DNA of 64,000 nucleotides from contig NC_042999.1 in NCBI RefSeq assembly GCF_006345805.1, positions 5,642,001 to 5,706,000 of the forward strand, in the 5' to 3' direction. Position 1 is the stretch's first letter, and each line of letters starts with the position of its first letter. Positions 41,598 through 55,514 of the stretch are shown one piece after another. Under the pieces are notes generated by a model, which had not been told where the DNA came from, did no database searches, and worked only from the letters and a program-made list of their open reading frames with translations. A program made the translations under genes and the position numbers. This DNA comes from Octopus sinensis (lineage: Eukaryota).

Positions 41598-44500
41598 AAT
41601 AGGGGTTTGTATGATTGTGTATAGAAGGATATATATTATTCAAAGGAATTCCAACTCTATCTGCTTTTTATGTTTTATTTATATTCTTTATAATGTTAAT
41701 GTAGAATATATAGTATAGATATATATATATATATATATAGTAAAATGAAATGAAGTATTGATTGTCTTATTGAATAGATGAAATATTGAATATCAAATAT
41801 TAGGGGACTAGTATACTTTCTTGCATTTTAGCAGTCTTCAAGGTCCCAGGTTGTGACAGGAATGTTTCAACTATATATATATCTTTATATATATAAAACT
41901 GAGAATGTGTGTCTGTCTGTGTGTTTCCCTAAAACTTGAGAACTACACAACCAATTTCATTCAAATTTTACACATGCCTTACTTAGGGTCCATGTAGTTT
42001 CATGGGTAAAAAAAAATGTTCAACTTCTTGCCTAGAGCGAGCCCATAGCAATATCATATCTCCACTATTTCAGTATTACGTGTTAAAAGTGAAACAAAAA
42101 TATTTCTCTATTTTATGTCAGATGCTTTCACTTTAACAATAAAAATAATAATAACAATTTAATTATATGTAGTAAGTAATAATTAAAATCAAACTAAAGT
42201 ATAATATAAGTAAAAATAGCAATTGGTATAAAATTGCATCAATGATTTGAACTTGAATAAGTGGTTTCACATGAATGGGAATAAATTAAAAATAAAATTA
42301 GCGTGCAGAAATGGAATAGTCCAGATGGATAATAAAAAAATTAGATTAAAGAAAAGACTATTATTGTCTATAAAGTATACAATGTAGAGAAAAAAAGAAG
42401 AGCTAACAATTCCAGTTTGTTATATATTTTGAGTATTGTTATCACTAGCGATATCAAGATATAACTTTGTATTTTGCATTTTATGTGTAGATGTATATAT
42501 ATATATATAGATGTACACATATATATACACATATATACATGCACTAGCACTATGACCCGGCAACGACGGGTCTTTAATGCAAGTATATATATATATATAT
42601 ATATATATGCATTTACATATATACTCATATACCTACATATACTTACATATCAATAGATGAAAAGACACTGACAGGAAGTGTTATTCATAAGTATCATCAT
42701 CATTTCTTTTCTCATGGAATTTAGAAGTCAAAGAGTTTTTATAAAACCAGTTCATGCCAGCCTGTCTGTCCCTTTTCATTTATTGAAAAGGCTGGGGACT
42801 TTATGACTTACAGCAGAAAATGGCCGACTTAATAATAGAAGACAGTCAGTGAAACTGCTATGTATTTATCATCATCATCGTCATTTAACATCCGTTGTCC
42901 ATGCTGGCATGGGTCGGATGGTTTGACCAGGGCTGGTAAGCTGGAAGGCTGCACCAAACTCCAGTCTGATTTGGCATGGTTTCTTCTGCTGGATGCCCTT
43001 CCTAACACCAACCACTCCGAGAGTGTAATGGGTGCCACCGGTACATGTGCCATTTATGTGACACCGGTATCTTCCACAACTGCAAGTTTGCTCAGCTTGA
43101 TGCGTCTTCTTCTCAAGCACAACATAATGCCAAAGGTCTTGGTCACTGCCTCCTGTGAGGCCCAACACTCAAAAGGAACTCAGCCACTTTGCCTCCGTGA
43201 GGCTCAACACTAAAAAGGTGCTCTTTACATTCCACCTGCACAGGTGCCAGTTACGTGACACCAGCATCAGCCATGACTACGATTTCACTTGGTTTGATGG
43301 GTCTTCTCAAGCACAGCACATCACCAAAGGTCTCGGTCACTAGACATTGTCTTTGTGAGGCCCAACACTCAAAAGGAACTCAGCCACTTTGCCTCTGTGA
43401 AACCCATCGTTTGAAAGGGACTCAACTGCTTTACCTCCGTGAGGCCCAACGCTTGAAAGGTGTTCTTTACGTGCCACCAACACAAGTGCCTGTTACGTGA
43501 CACCAGCATCAGCCATGACTACGATTTCACTTGATTCGATGGGTCTTCTCAAGCACAGCACATCACCAAAGGTCTCGGTCACTAGACATTGTCTTTGTGA
43601 GGCCCAAAGTTTGGAGATCATACTTCACTACCTCATCCCATGTCTTCCTTCATCTACCTCTACCACAGGTTCCCTCCACACTTAGGGATCGGCACTTCTT
43701 TACATAGTTGTCCTCATCCATATGCATCACACGACCATACCAGCAGTCATCTCTCTTGCACACCCCATCTGATGCCTCTTCTTATGCCTAACGTTTCTCT
43801 CAAGATGCTTTACACTCTGTCACACATGCACACTGACATTGCACATCCAGCGAAACATGCTGGCTTCATTTCTTTTAAGCCTATGCATGTTCTTGCCTGT
43901 CACAGCCTGTGTTTTACTGCTGTGTAGTATAGCTGTTTGATGAGAGTGTGAATGGTGGGATGACTTCTAAATTCTGTAAGAAAATAGATAATGATGTTAT
44001 TCATAATTAATGCATCCCCTATGGCTGACTCTCTCTTCTATTGTTTGTGTGTGTGTGTATATTATATACATAGTTATATATGCATGAGAGCATGTTTGTG
44101 TGTGTGTGTGTATTGGGTCATCCCATAAGTAATGCGGTTTTTTTTTATGCTTAAATTTTTCAAAATGAAGATAAACTTGAAGATAATCTAAAATATACTC
44201 TCCTTCATTTTCTACAATGCTCTTCCATCTATCTGGTAGACTTGCAAGGTCCCTCTTCCAAAATTCACTTGCCCGTGATGAAAAATACTCCTCCAGTACT
44301 GTTCTGACCTCATCTACAGAATTCATATTCTGGTTTTGAAGACTGCGGAATAAATGATAATCAGATGGGGCAACGTCTGGCGAATATGGTGGGTGGGGCA
44401 TTGTTTCCCATTCAAACTGCTCCAGCCTTTGGAATGTCATCCTTACTGTATGTAGCTGAGAATTATCCTGATGGAAGAGCACCTTTCATCTTGAAACCAA

Positions 44501-45005
44501 AGATGGTTGCTTTTCTTCTAACGCTGGTGTCAATGAATGGTTGAATGACCAAATCCAAGCTTCTCTGCTAGTTCCCCAACAATTACAATGGGATTTTGTT
44601 CCACCAGGGTTTGCAGGACATCCTCGTCAAGCTCTACAGATCTTCCAGAACAAGGCACATCTTCTAGGCTGTAGTTTCAGCTGGAACCACCGTTGACACT
44701 GGCTTATGCATATTGTCCAATCCCCATATACTGCATTAATATTCCTCGCACTTCCCATTGCGTTGTTGCCTTTATTGAACTCATAAAGCAAAATATGTCG
44801 AATATGTCCCCTTGTCACTTCCATTATAGCTTTGAAAAAATAGCTGTTAAAATGGAAGTGCACTCTTCAAAACTTGCACTAAGAATAAGTACAAGATAAA
44901 ACTACTACCTGCTTTTCTAGCAAGTTGATGCAGGTAGTTTATCCCATTCCCCTCTGACTGTTAGTTCATGCAGTTGAAAAACTGCATTATTTATGGGATG
45001 ACCCA

Positions 45006-45052
<47 letters not shown>

Positions 45053-46011
45053 CGCAGGAGTGGCTGTGTGGTAAGTAGCTTGCTAATCAACCACATGGTT
45101 CCGGGTTCAGTCCCACTGTGTGGCATCTTGGGCAAGTGTCTTCTGCTATAGCCCCGGGCCGACCAATGCCTTGTGAGTGGATTTGGTAAACAGAAACTGA
45201 AAGAAGCCTGTCGTATATGTATATGTATGTGTTTGTGTGTCTGTGTTTGCCCCCCTAGCATTGCTTGACAACCGATGCTGGTGTGTTTACGTCCCCGTCA
45301 CTTAGCGGTACGGCAAAAGAGGCCGATAGAATAAGTACTGGGCTTACAAAGAATAAGTCCCGGGGTCGATTTGCTCGACTAAAGGTGGTGCTCCAGCATG
45401 GCCGCAGTCAAATGACTGAAACAAGTAAAAGAGTAAAAGAGAGTAAAGATATATATATATATATGTATGTGTGTGTGTATATTGGTATGTGGATATGTAT
45501 GTTTACATTGCCACCATTTGATAGTCGTAACAGCTGTCAGATGTTACATGACAGAAGAATCAGTGTTTTTCACTTAATTTTTTGTAAAGTGTCCATCCTT
45601 GTGCATCATACAACAGAAGTGAGATGACAATGGCCCTGAACACTTGAAATGTTTAATTTTCATTGAGGCGTTATGGTTTTTCTGTAGTCAATCAGTAAGG
45701 CGTCCAAATGCAGAGGAACCTTTAACCAAACTGTTTTGTGTAGTTTATTGTCACATGACAATGCTGCCAAGATAAGTGATGCTATTTAGTAGGTTTCCAT
45801 TTATATGTATCTATGTATGTGAGTATATATGCACACACACACACACACATATATCATCATCATCATCCTTCTATGCTGGCATGGGTTGGACAGTTTGACC
45901 GAAAACTGGTAAGCTAGGAAGCTGCACCAGGCTTCAATCTGATTTGGCAAGGTTTCAAATGGCTGGATGCCCTTCCTTATGTCAACCACTCTACATAAAT
46001 GCTCATGCATT

Positions 46012-46069
<58 letters not shown>

Positions 46070-48955
46070 CACTTTGTATGTATATATATGTGTGTGTATA
46101 CACACACATACATACATAAATATATATATAGGTGCAGGAGTAGTTGTGTGATAAGAAGCTTGCTTACCAACCACATGGTTCTGGGTTCAGTCCCACTGCA
46201 TGGCACCTTAGGCAAGTGTCTTCTACTATAGCTTCGGGCAGACCAAAGCCTTGTGAATGGATTTAGTAGACAGAAACTGAAAGAAGCCTGTTGTATGTAT
46301 ATGTATGTATGTTTATGTGTCTGTGTTTGTTGCCTCGGCATCACTTGACAACCGCTGCTGGTGTGTTTACGTCCCTGTACCTTAGCGGTTCTGCAAAAGA
46401 GACTGATAGAATAAGTGCTAGGTGTACAAAGAATAAGCCCTGGTGTCGATTTGTTCAACTAAAAGTGGTGCTCCAGCATGGCCACAGTGAGATGACTTAA
46501 AACAAATAAAAGATTATATATATATATATATATATATGTCTGTCTGCCTGTGAATTGAGTGTGTGTGTGTATGTATGTATATATATATATATATACATAT
46601 ATATAACAAAACTGGGTGGAAGGGAAGTGGGACGAAACGACGAATCGAATCGACCCTGACGCGAACGCGCTGTCAGACAATAATGTAATAAATAAAATAT
46701 ATGCATGCATGCAAACATATATGTACGTACATACATCTACATGTATATATTTATTTATATATGCATGTATATATATACATGTAGATGTAGGTACGTACAT
46801 ATATGTTTGCATGCATGCATATATTTTATTTATTACATATATATATATATATACATACACACACACTCACGCACGCACATACATATTCCTTCTAAACTCT
46901 TTCATTCTCTCACTGTATTTGCTGGGGGGGAACACATATGCCATAGAAACCGGGGCCCATGAGCCTGGCTAGGCTTGAAAAGGGCGCATAAGAATAATAA
47001 GTCCACTCCAGCTGGCAAAAATGAGTTCTACTTGTAATTCAAAGGGCCAGCCTTGTCCCACTCTGTGTCACACTGAATCTCTCTATCATTAGGGATGTGC
47101 GTGTCTGTGGAGTACTCAGCCACTTGCATGTTAATTTCACGAGCAGGCTGTTCTGTTGATTGGAACAACTGGAACCCTCGTCGTCATAACCGACAGTCTG
47201 CCAGTTTAAAGACTTTCAGAGCAACCACCTTGCTTGCTAATTACATCTTCCAGGTAACAAAAGCTATCAACTACTTCTAGTGAACCATCCAGGCGTTCAA
47301 GGAAGTCTGTGTCCAGTGTGTTCATAACGGACACTTCTTCAGTGCATCCATCGCAAATAAAACAAATCCTCCTCCTCCTCATCATCATCATCATCATCAT
47401 AGCCCCTACCCTGAAATTGCTGGCCTTGTGCCAAAATTTGAAACCAATATGACACTATTATATGTTTGATGGTTGTTATGATTAATATTGATCGCTTGAT
47501 GATGATTAATATTGTGTTTATGATTAATGACCTTATTGTTTGTTTGTTTGTTTACTTGGACATGTTTGTTAATATTGATTATTCTACCACGAAACCCTTT
47601 CAAAGAAACTGACCACACCAGTACATGTAAACAATCGTTTAATTGTTTCACTAATTAATTTCCTTTGAAAGAACTTTTGATGTTAGAAGCTACCAAAGTT
47701 TTATATCCACTGAAAATATTATTTTCCCTTAAAAGACTGATGTTGATTATTTTCCTCTTCTTCAGAGATCTTAGTGGATATGGTAAGATCGAGAATGTGA
47801 TATTAGAATCATTTTCATCCCAAAATGAAGAAATAAAATCTGCCGCATCTTATGCTTTAGGTCAGTTGCATTTCTCTTCTCTTATAGTTTTCTGCTGGCT
47901 TTGTGAATACGTAGGGGTCAGTGTTGTGGTAAGTATTTCCAGTAGATTTATATCATCATCATTATCGTTTAACGTCTGCTTTCCATGCTTGCATGGGTTG
48001 GATGAATGACTGAGGACTGGCGAACCAGATGGCTGCACCAGGCTCCAATCTTGATCTGGCAGAGTTTCTACAGCTAGATGCCCTTCCTAACGCCAACCAC
48101 TCCGAGAGTGTAGTGGGTGCTTTTTTTATGTGCCACCAGCATAGGAGCCAGAGGGGGCTGGCATCAACCACGATCAGATGCCGCCTTTTATGTGCCACCA
48201 GCACTGAAGCCAGTCAATATCATCATCATCATCGTTTAACGTCCGCTTTCCATGCTGGCATGGGTTGGACGGTTTGACTCAGGAGTGACAGGCCAGGAGG
48301 CTGTACCAGCTCCAATCTGATCTGGCAAGGTTCCTACAGCTGGATCTAGGGGGTGCTTTTTCTGTGCCACTGGCATTGGAGCCAGCCAGTCAGGCAGCTC
48401 TGGCATCAACCACGCTTGAGTGGTGTTTTTTTACGCACCACTGGCACAGGAGCCAGTCAGGCGACACTCATGTTTTAAACATGATTGTGCAAGATACCGG
48501 TGTATAACTGTCTGCTGATTTTAAGTAAAAGGAAAATGTTGTATTGGAGAGGTGATTGTTAAATGTGGAGATGAAAGGGTTAGAAATGAGTATGATTGGT
48601 TCTACACTTCATGGGCAGGTGGGTTTTGTGAGATATAAAGGAAAAGGGTCAATCCTTTCGCATTCAAATTATTCAGTCAGATGTAATGCTTTTTCATTCA
48701 CATTGCTTTTAATTAATCATCGTTTATCTCATAGCTTTCAGATTTTAATGATGTGACCTCACCTGTGCTTGTGCCATGTAAAAAGCACTGCTGAGTGGTT
48801 GGTGGGGCAACCATCTGTAAAAATTCCACCAAGGTTGACTTTACCTTTCATCCTTTCAGGGTCGATAAAATAAGTACCAGTTGAGCACTGGGGGTCAATG
48901 TAATCGACTCATCCCCTCCCCCAAAGTTGCTGCCCTTGTGGCAAAATTTGAAACC

Positions 48956-49012
<57 letters not shown>

Positions 49013-52000
49013 TTGATTATTATTACTACTAATAATACTACTACCTTTTTATGATACTTTCAGGTAATGTCAGTGTGGGTAATTTGACCTACTTCCTGCC
49101 ATTTGTATTACAAGAAATCAAGAATCAACCTAAAAGACAATATCTGTTATTACATTCTCTAAAAGAGGTAAGTTGAATTTTCGCATACTTTTGAGTCAGC
49201 AATTCATAAACTAATTCTTAGTCCCTTCTTGGTATATTGGTGACCTTGATTTCACTGTGAATATACATATTTTAAGTCCTACGCCACCAGCCTGTTGACC
49301 TAATTTCTCTGTGTTCAGGGTGCTCTACACTCATAACATCCGCATTGTAACTATTTCAAATATCTTGGTTATTCAAGGAGTGGAAATTATACACTTCAAG
49401 AATTTGACTTCATCCAAAACCAGTCTCCATCTCTGGGATGGTGTAAATAATATCTTAAGGCAACAACACAATAATTGCTGGGGAGATCAGTTTTTAGTAC
49501 GATATACACTTGATTATTGCAATTAAGGATTTTATTTGATTAGACAAAAGATCAATTTTCACAGTGTAACAAGGTGTAGTGGTTCAAATGGAATTTCATC
49601 ATCATCATCATTTAACGTCTGCTTTTCATGCTAGCATGGGTTGGACGATTTGACTGCGGTCTGGCGAACCAGATTCCAATCTGATCTGGCAGACTTTCTA
49701 CAGCTGGATGCCCTTTCTAACGCCAACCACTCTGAGAGTGTAGTGGGTGCTTTTACATGCCACCAGCACAAGGGCCAGTTTGGTGGTACTGGCAACGGCC
49801 ACGCCCAAATGTTGCTTTTTATGTGCCACCTGCACAGGAGCCAGTCCAGCGGTACTGGCAACGACCTCACTCGAAAGTTTCACGTGCCGCCAGCACAAGT
49901 GCTAGTAAGGCAATGCAGTAATGATCACGCTTGAACGGTGTGCTTAACGTGCCATCAGCATGAAGGCCAGCTTGTTGCTCTGGCAACGATCTCACTCGTA
50001 TGGTACTCTTAGCGCTCCACTAGCAACGGATGCCAGTCACCGAATTTGATTTCGACTTCCATTTCACTTGCCTCAACAGGTCTTCGCAAGCAGAGTTTAG
50101 TGTCCAATGAAGGAAAGGCACGCATGAGTGGGCTGGTTACACCCCTAGCATAGGCCACAAGGTTATGGCCACACTTCCGCTTGCAAAGTCTTCTGCAGCT
50201 CGACATATTTCCTGAGGTCCCGGTCACTAGTCATTGCCTCGGTGAGGCCCATATTGTTATTTATGTTGTTAGCAAAGCCATAAGAATGAAAGGTAAAATA
50301 CATCTCAACAGGATTTCCTTTGAAAACCTAAAAATAGGAGGCTCTTCTCCCTCGTTTCTGCCAACTCTCAGCTTCCTTGCCACTCAACATTCTCTTAATT
50401 TTCCTCCTTTCAAAGCAAACTTTGATTCGTTAAAATAATTGATGCATTGATTTTTCAAATGTTTTTTTTTTTTTTAATTTTTATTTTTAGATAATTAGCT
50501 GCCAGTCAGTTAACGAATCCACTGTTGATAACTTGAAACCATATGTAGAAGACATTTGGTATGTAATTACTTTCCCTGTTAATATTTATTGCTAACTAAT
50601 TATAACCATAACCAAGTATATCCTGCTGTAATTTATGAACCAATTTAACAAATGGAATTTATTTCCTTTTCTACAAGATTTACATTTATATTCAGTCATG
50701 TTACTAAGTTTTACATTTAGTTTCTCTCTACATAGTTTGAAATAGTTTTCCTATCCTCTCCCTAATTTTCCTTTCCATTGATCGAAGCATCACAGCTGCT
50801 TTGTTAGAAGTCTTAGGCACTGACCGTCTTGAGTATTTTATGTTAACCTATTGTATAATTTGTTTTGGGGATTTGGTTTGCAAGATTCTTTATATGAGTT
50901 CGTGTGTTGAAGCATATTCAGTTGTGTCTGGGGAGAGTCATTTTCTCTTTGTGCCTTATAATGTAACACACTCACCGGTAAAATTTCCACTTTTTCCTAA
51001 AATTTTCGTTGCATCTTGCAACCTTTTCAATAGTCTTGACTCTGTCCGTTATTTACACTGCGTTCCCTTTTGTTTGTTTGTGCGCATGTGTGTGGGTCAG
51101 TGTGTGTGTGTGTGCCTATACATGCATGCATGTATGTATGTGTTTGTATGTATAAATGTGTGTGTATGTATATATGTATGTATAATCCTCGTGAGCAAAG
51201 CATATCATTCAGTTTGCTTCGTTATATTAGGTAAACAAATACGTTCCATAGAGTTTCATTGTTAAACATTGGAAAAGATATCCAGCTTTGATAACTGTTG
51301 TTCCAACAGAAAGAAAATTTTCAATTCACTAAAACCAATGCAACTCAATTTAACATGAAAAAATTAATCATCATCATCATCATCATTGTTTAACGTCCGC
51401 TTTCCATGCTAGCATGGGTTGGACGATTTGATTGAGGACTGGCGAACCAAATGGCTGCATCAGGCTCCAATCGTGATCAGACAGAGTTTCTTGATACTCT
51501 TCCTAACGCCAACCACTCCGAGAGTGTAGTGGGTGCTTTTACGTGCCACTGGCACGGGGGCCAGTCAGGTGGTACTGGCAACAACCTCACTTGAATCTTT
51601 TTACACATGCCACCAGCACAGGTGCCAGTAAGGCGATGCTGGTAACGATCACACTCGAATGGTGCCCTTTTACATGCCATCGGCACACGGGAGCCAGTTA
51701 GCCGCTCTGGCTATAAAGCTGTTTTTATAAAAAGAGAACTTAAAATATAAAAAAAAATCATCTGTTTCTGTTACTTTCATTTTACATTCCTGTCTGCCTA
51801 TGAAAACTACATCATCATCATTGTTCGACCGTGGTTGAGACAATGGAATTTACCATGCTATGCCAGACTTCACGGTCCATCATGGCATTACGGAGGTCCT
51901 GTTGCTGGATGCCTGTATCCCTGGAGATTACATCAGGGTAGGAGAGTGTGCGCCCTTTGGTATCGCGAGGAGATGGCTTCCAGAGGTGGAGAGTAGAAAT

Positions 52001-55000
52001 TACCTCTTTTTCAGCTCTACAACAATGTCCAGCAAACTGGACTCTCCTACCTTTCACAAGAGATGACACAGGTGGTAGTTTCCCATATATTTGTACTTTG
52101 GTTGGATGTGCACAAACAAACAAAAGGGAACGCAGTGTAAATAACGGACAGAGTCAAGACTATTGAAAAGGTTGCAAGACGCAACGAAAATTTTAGGAAA
52201 ATAAAAATAAGGAAAACTACTGTTGCTTCAAGAAGTTCCCAGATTGGCATTATCGTAAAATGGAATAAATCTAGACCTTTGGCCTCTTATATTTATTCCC
52301 TGTCATTTCCCCATTAATAGACTCGATTCATTGTATTTTTTCTGTTCCTTTCTCAACCCTCCTTCATTGATTTATTCTCGGTGCTGGTTATTACATCTTC
52401 AATCTCTTTCCGCCAGTGACTTTACCAAAGTGAGCAGCAAAGTCTTCAACAGGTCTTAGAACCACTTATATCTTCCAACTCAATATTGACCATGGTATAG
52501 CTGATCACCGAGTGGCCTGTGGTCAAAATACAAATCTGAGCTGTCTCAGTTGATGTTTATAGAGTCAATGTTGATGGTCATGGTTCAAATAGATTTCTCG
52601 TATCTTGGCAAAGGACCAAAAAAGATATTCTGTTAAATTTCTGCACCTGAAAAAACATTTGAGCGAGGTCGTTGCCAGTGCCGATGGACTGGCTCCTGTG
52701 CAGGTGGCACGTAAAAAACACCATTTGAGCGTGGCCGTTGCCAGTACCGCCTGACTGGCCCTCGTGCCAGTGGCACGTAAAAGCACCCACTACACTCTCA
52801 AAGTGTTTGGCGTTAGGAAGGGCATCCAGCTGTAGAAAGTCTGCCAGATCAAGATTGGAGCCTGGTGCAGACGTTAAATGATGATGAATAGTATTAGTAG
52901 TAATAATAATAATAATAATAATAATGATAATAATCACTCCTTGATTTTTGTTCATATCATCACAGGAGCTCTCTCTCTTACTTCTGATATTATTGATCCC
53001 AGACTGGAAAGGTTTATAAAATCAGCTTCCAATGTTTCAATATTTACTTTTCAAACTGATTTATTTATTTTTGTCCAACTAGAATCCCTCATTTTTGAGA
53101 GGTGAGTAAGGAAAGGATGGAAATTGTTCAGGGACTTAGTTGCTTACCAACCACATGGTTCTGGGTTCAGTCCCACTGCGTGGCACCTTGGGCAAGTGTC
53201 TTCTACAATAGCCTCAGGCCGACCAAAGCCTTGTGAGTGGATATGGGAGACAGAAACTGAAATAAGCCCGTCATATATATATATATATATATGTGTGTAT
53301 GTTTGTGTGCCTGTGTTTGTCACCATCGCTTGACAATTGATGCTGTTGTGTTTATGTCCTCGTAACTTAGCGGTTCAGCAAAAGTGACTGATAGAATAAG
53401 TATTAGGCCCAAAAAGATGTGAAGCTGCTCACTTGAAATCAGAGAGAGAGAGAGAGAGAGAGATAAGATGTGGTTTTGTTCAGAATGAAGATAATTGTTT
53501 TAATGTGTTTCTTAACAAGAAAGTTTATATTTTGAACTTGAGGTTAAATATTATAATTCTTAAAATGAATATAAAAAGTATTTGTGCCACATAAAATCCA
53601 CCCAACAAACTCTGTAAAGTGGTTGGCATTAAGAAGGGCATCTGGCTGTAGAAGCCAAGCCAAAACAGATGACAGGAATCTGGTGCAGCTCTCTGGCTTG
53701 CTAGCAATAACCAAACTGTGGTGGCTGTTGTTTTTTTTTTTTAATTTTGTTAAAAGTTTGTCTGAAAATATTTCAAAGAATTGTTGCATTCTTTTCGAAT
53801 TTTACAAATATTTCTTTTTCTGGATTTTCTCAAATGTATTATTTTTATTTCCAACAGGTCTATGTTATTTGCCCATTGTGAATGCCCTGAGGAAGGAACA
53901 CGAAATGTTGTATCAGAATGTCTAGGGAAATTAACTCTAATTGACCCTTCAACGCTGTTGAATAACCTTAAAAGTTATTTAGATTCTCCCTCCCCCTATA
54001 CAAGGAGCACTGTTGTTACAGCTGTTAAATTCACCATATCAGACCAGGTAAAACACACAATTTATACTGTTATTTGCACTTAGTTATAATTTACTTTGTT
54101 CCCAGTAATTAATTAAAATAAATAAAATTAATTTCAGGCACAAGTATGGCTGTGTGGTTAAAAAGTTTACTTCCCAACCCCATGGTTCTGGGTTCAATCC
54201 CTCTGCATGACACCTTGGGCAAGTGTCTTCAACTATAGCCTCGGGCCGACCAAAGCCTTATGATTGGATTTGGTAGACGGAAACTGAAAGAAGCCCTTTG
54301 TGTGTATGAAGTTGTGTATGTTTGTAGCTCCTTGTCTTGGCATGATGGTTGTAAATGAGTATCACTGTCGCACAAGGGGTGTCATTCACTTCTAATATTC
54401 TTCAAGAACATGTCAGGTCATGGGGAAACACTACCTTGCTTGGAAACAGGTGAGGGTTTGTGACAGGAAAACATCTGGCTTTGGAAAAATCTGCCTCAAT
54501 GTAAACCTGTCCAACCCATGCAAGTAAGCTAGAGAAGAGTTTAATGATGATTAATGAATCCAGGTCCCAATAACTTAAATCTTTTGTGTTCTAACACTAT
54601 ATTTGCAATGTGCCAATCTCCAGTTCCTATTCCTACCTTTTATAGACAATTCCTTTGGCTGGATTTCAAATGCAGGGGTGTAGAATTCTTAAGCATTGGC
54701 ACCACAGCATCAGGAACAAATACTCTTTGTTCAGAGTAAACCGAAGGAAATAGTGGGGTAACTGAGATCTAAAATCGACTAGCCTCTTCCCCTCCCCTCA
54801 AAAATTTCGGGCCTTGTGCCTAGCGTAGAAAAGAATATTAAGTAATAATTTTTTTTCTTGTTTCATTTTGTTAATTTTATTTTTTTCGTTTTCTCTTTTT
54901 AGCCACAAGGAATCGATTCCTTACTTCGAACATATATTGGTGATTTCTTGAAAACATTACAAGATCCCGACTTAAATGTACGCCGAGTTGCTCTGATAAC

Positions 55001-55451
55001 TTTTAATTCTGCTGCACATAACAAACCTTCTCTTATTCGAGACTTATTGGATTCTATTCTTCCACATCTTTACCATGAAACAAAAGTCAGAGTAAGTCCA
55101 TTTTTTTTTTTTTACCTTTTATTTGGCTTCAGTCATTAGGTTGTGGCCAGGCTGGGTTACTGCCTTGAAGAATTTTTAATCGAATAAATCGACTCCGGGA
55201 CTTCATTTTTTAAAAACCTGATACTTATTCTCTCTTTTACTCTTTTACTTGTTTCAGTCATTTGATTGTGGCCATGCTGGAGCACCACCTTTAGTTGAGC
55301 AAATTGACCTCAGAACTTGTTCTTTGTAAACCTAGTACTTATTCTATCGGTCCCTTTTGCTGAACCGCTAAGTTACGAGGATGTAAACACACCAGCATCG
55401 GTTGTCAAGCAAGGTCGGGGGGGGGGGGCAAACACAGACACACAAACTTAT

Positions 55452-55514
<63 letters not shown>

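Noticed and set aside
50801-51265. 154-aa plus-strand ORF
   Set aside because: Low-complexity C/V/Y-rich tail, overlaps a repeat arm, no domain motif.
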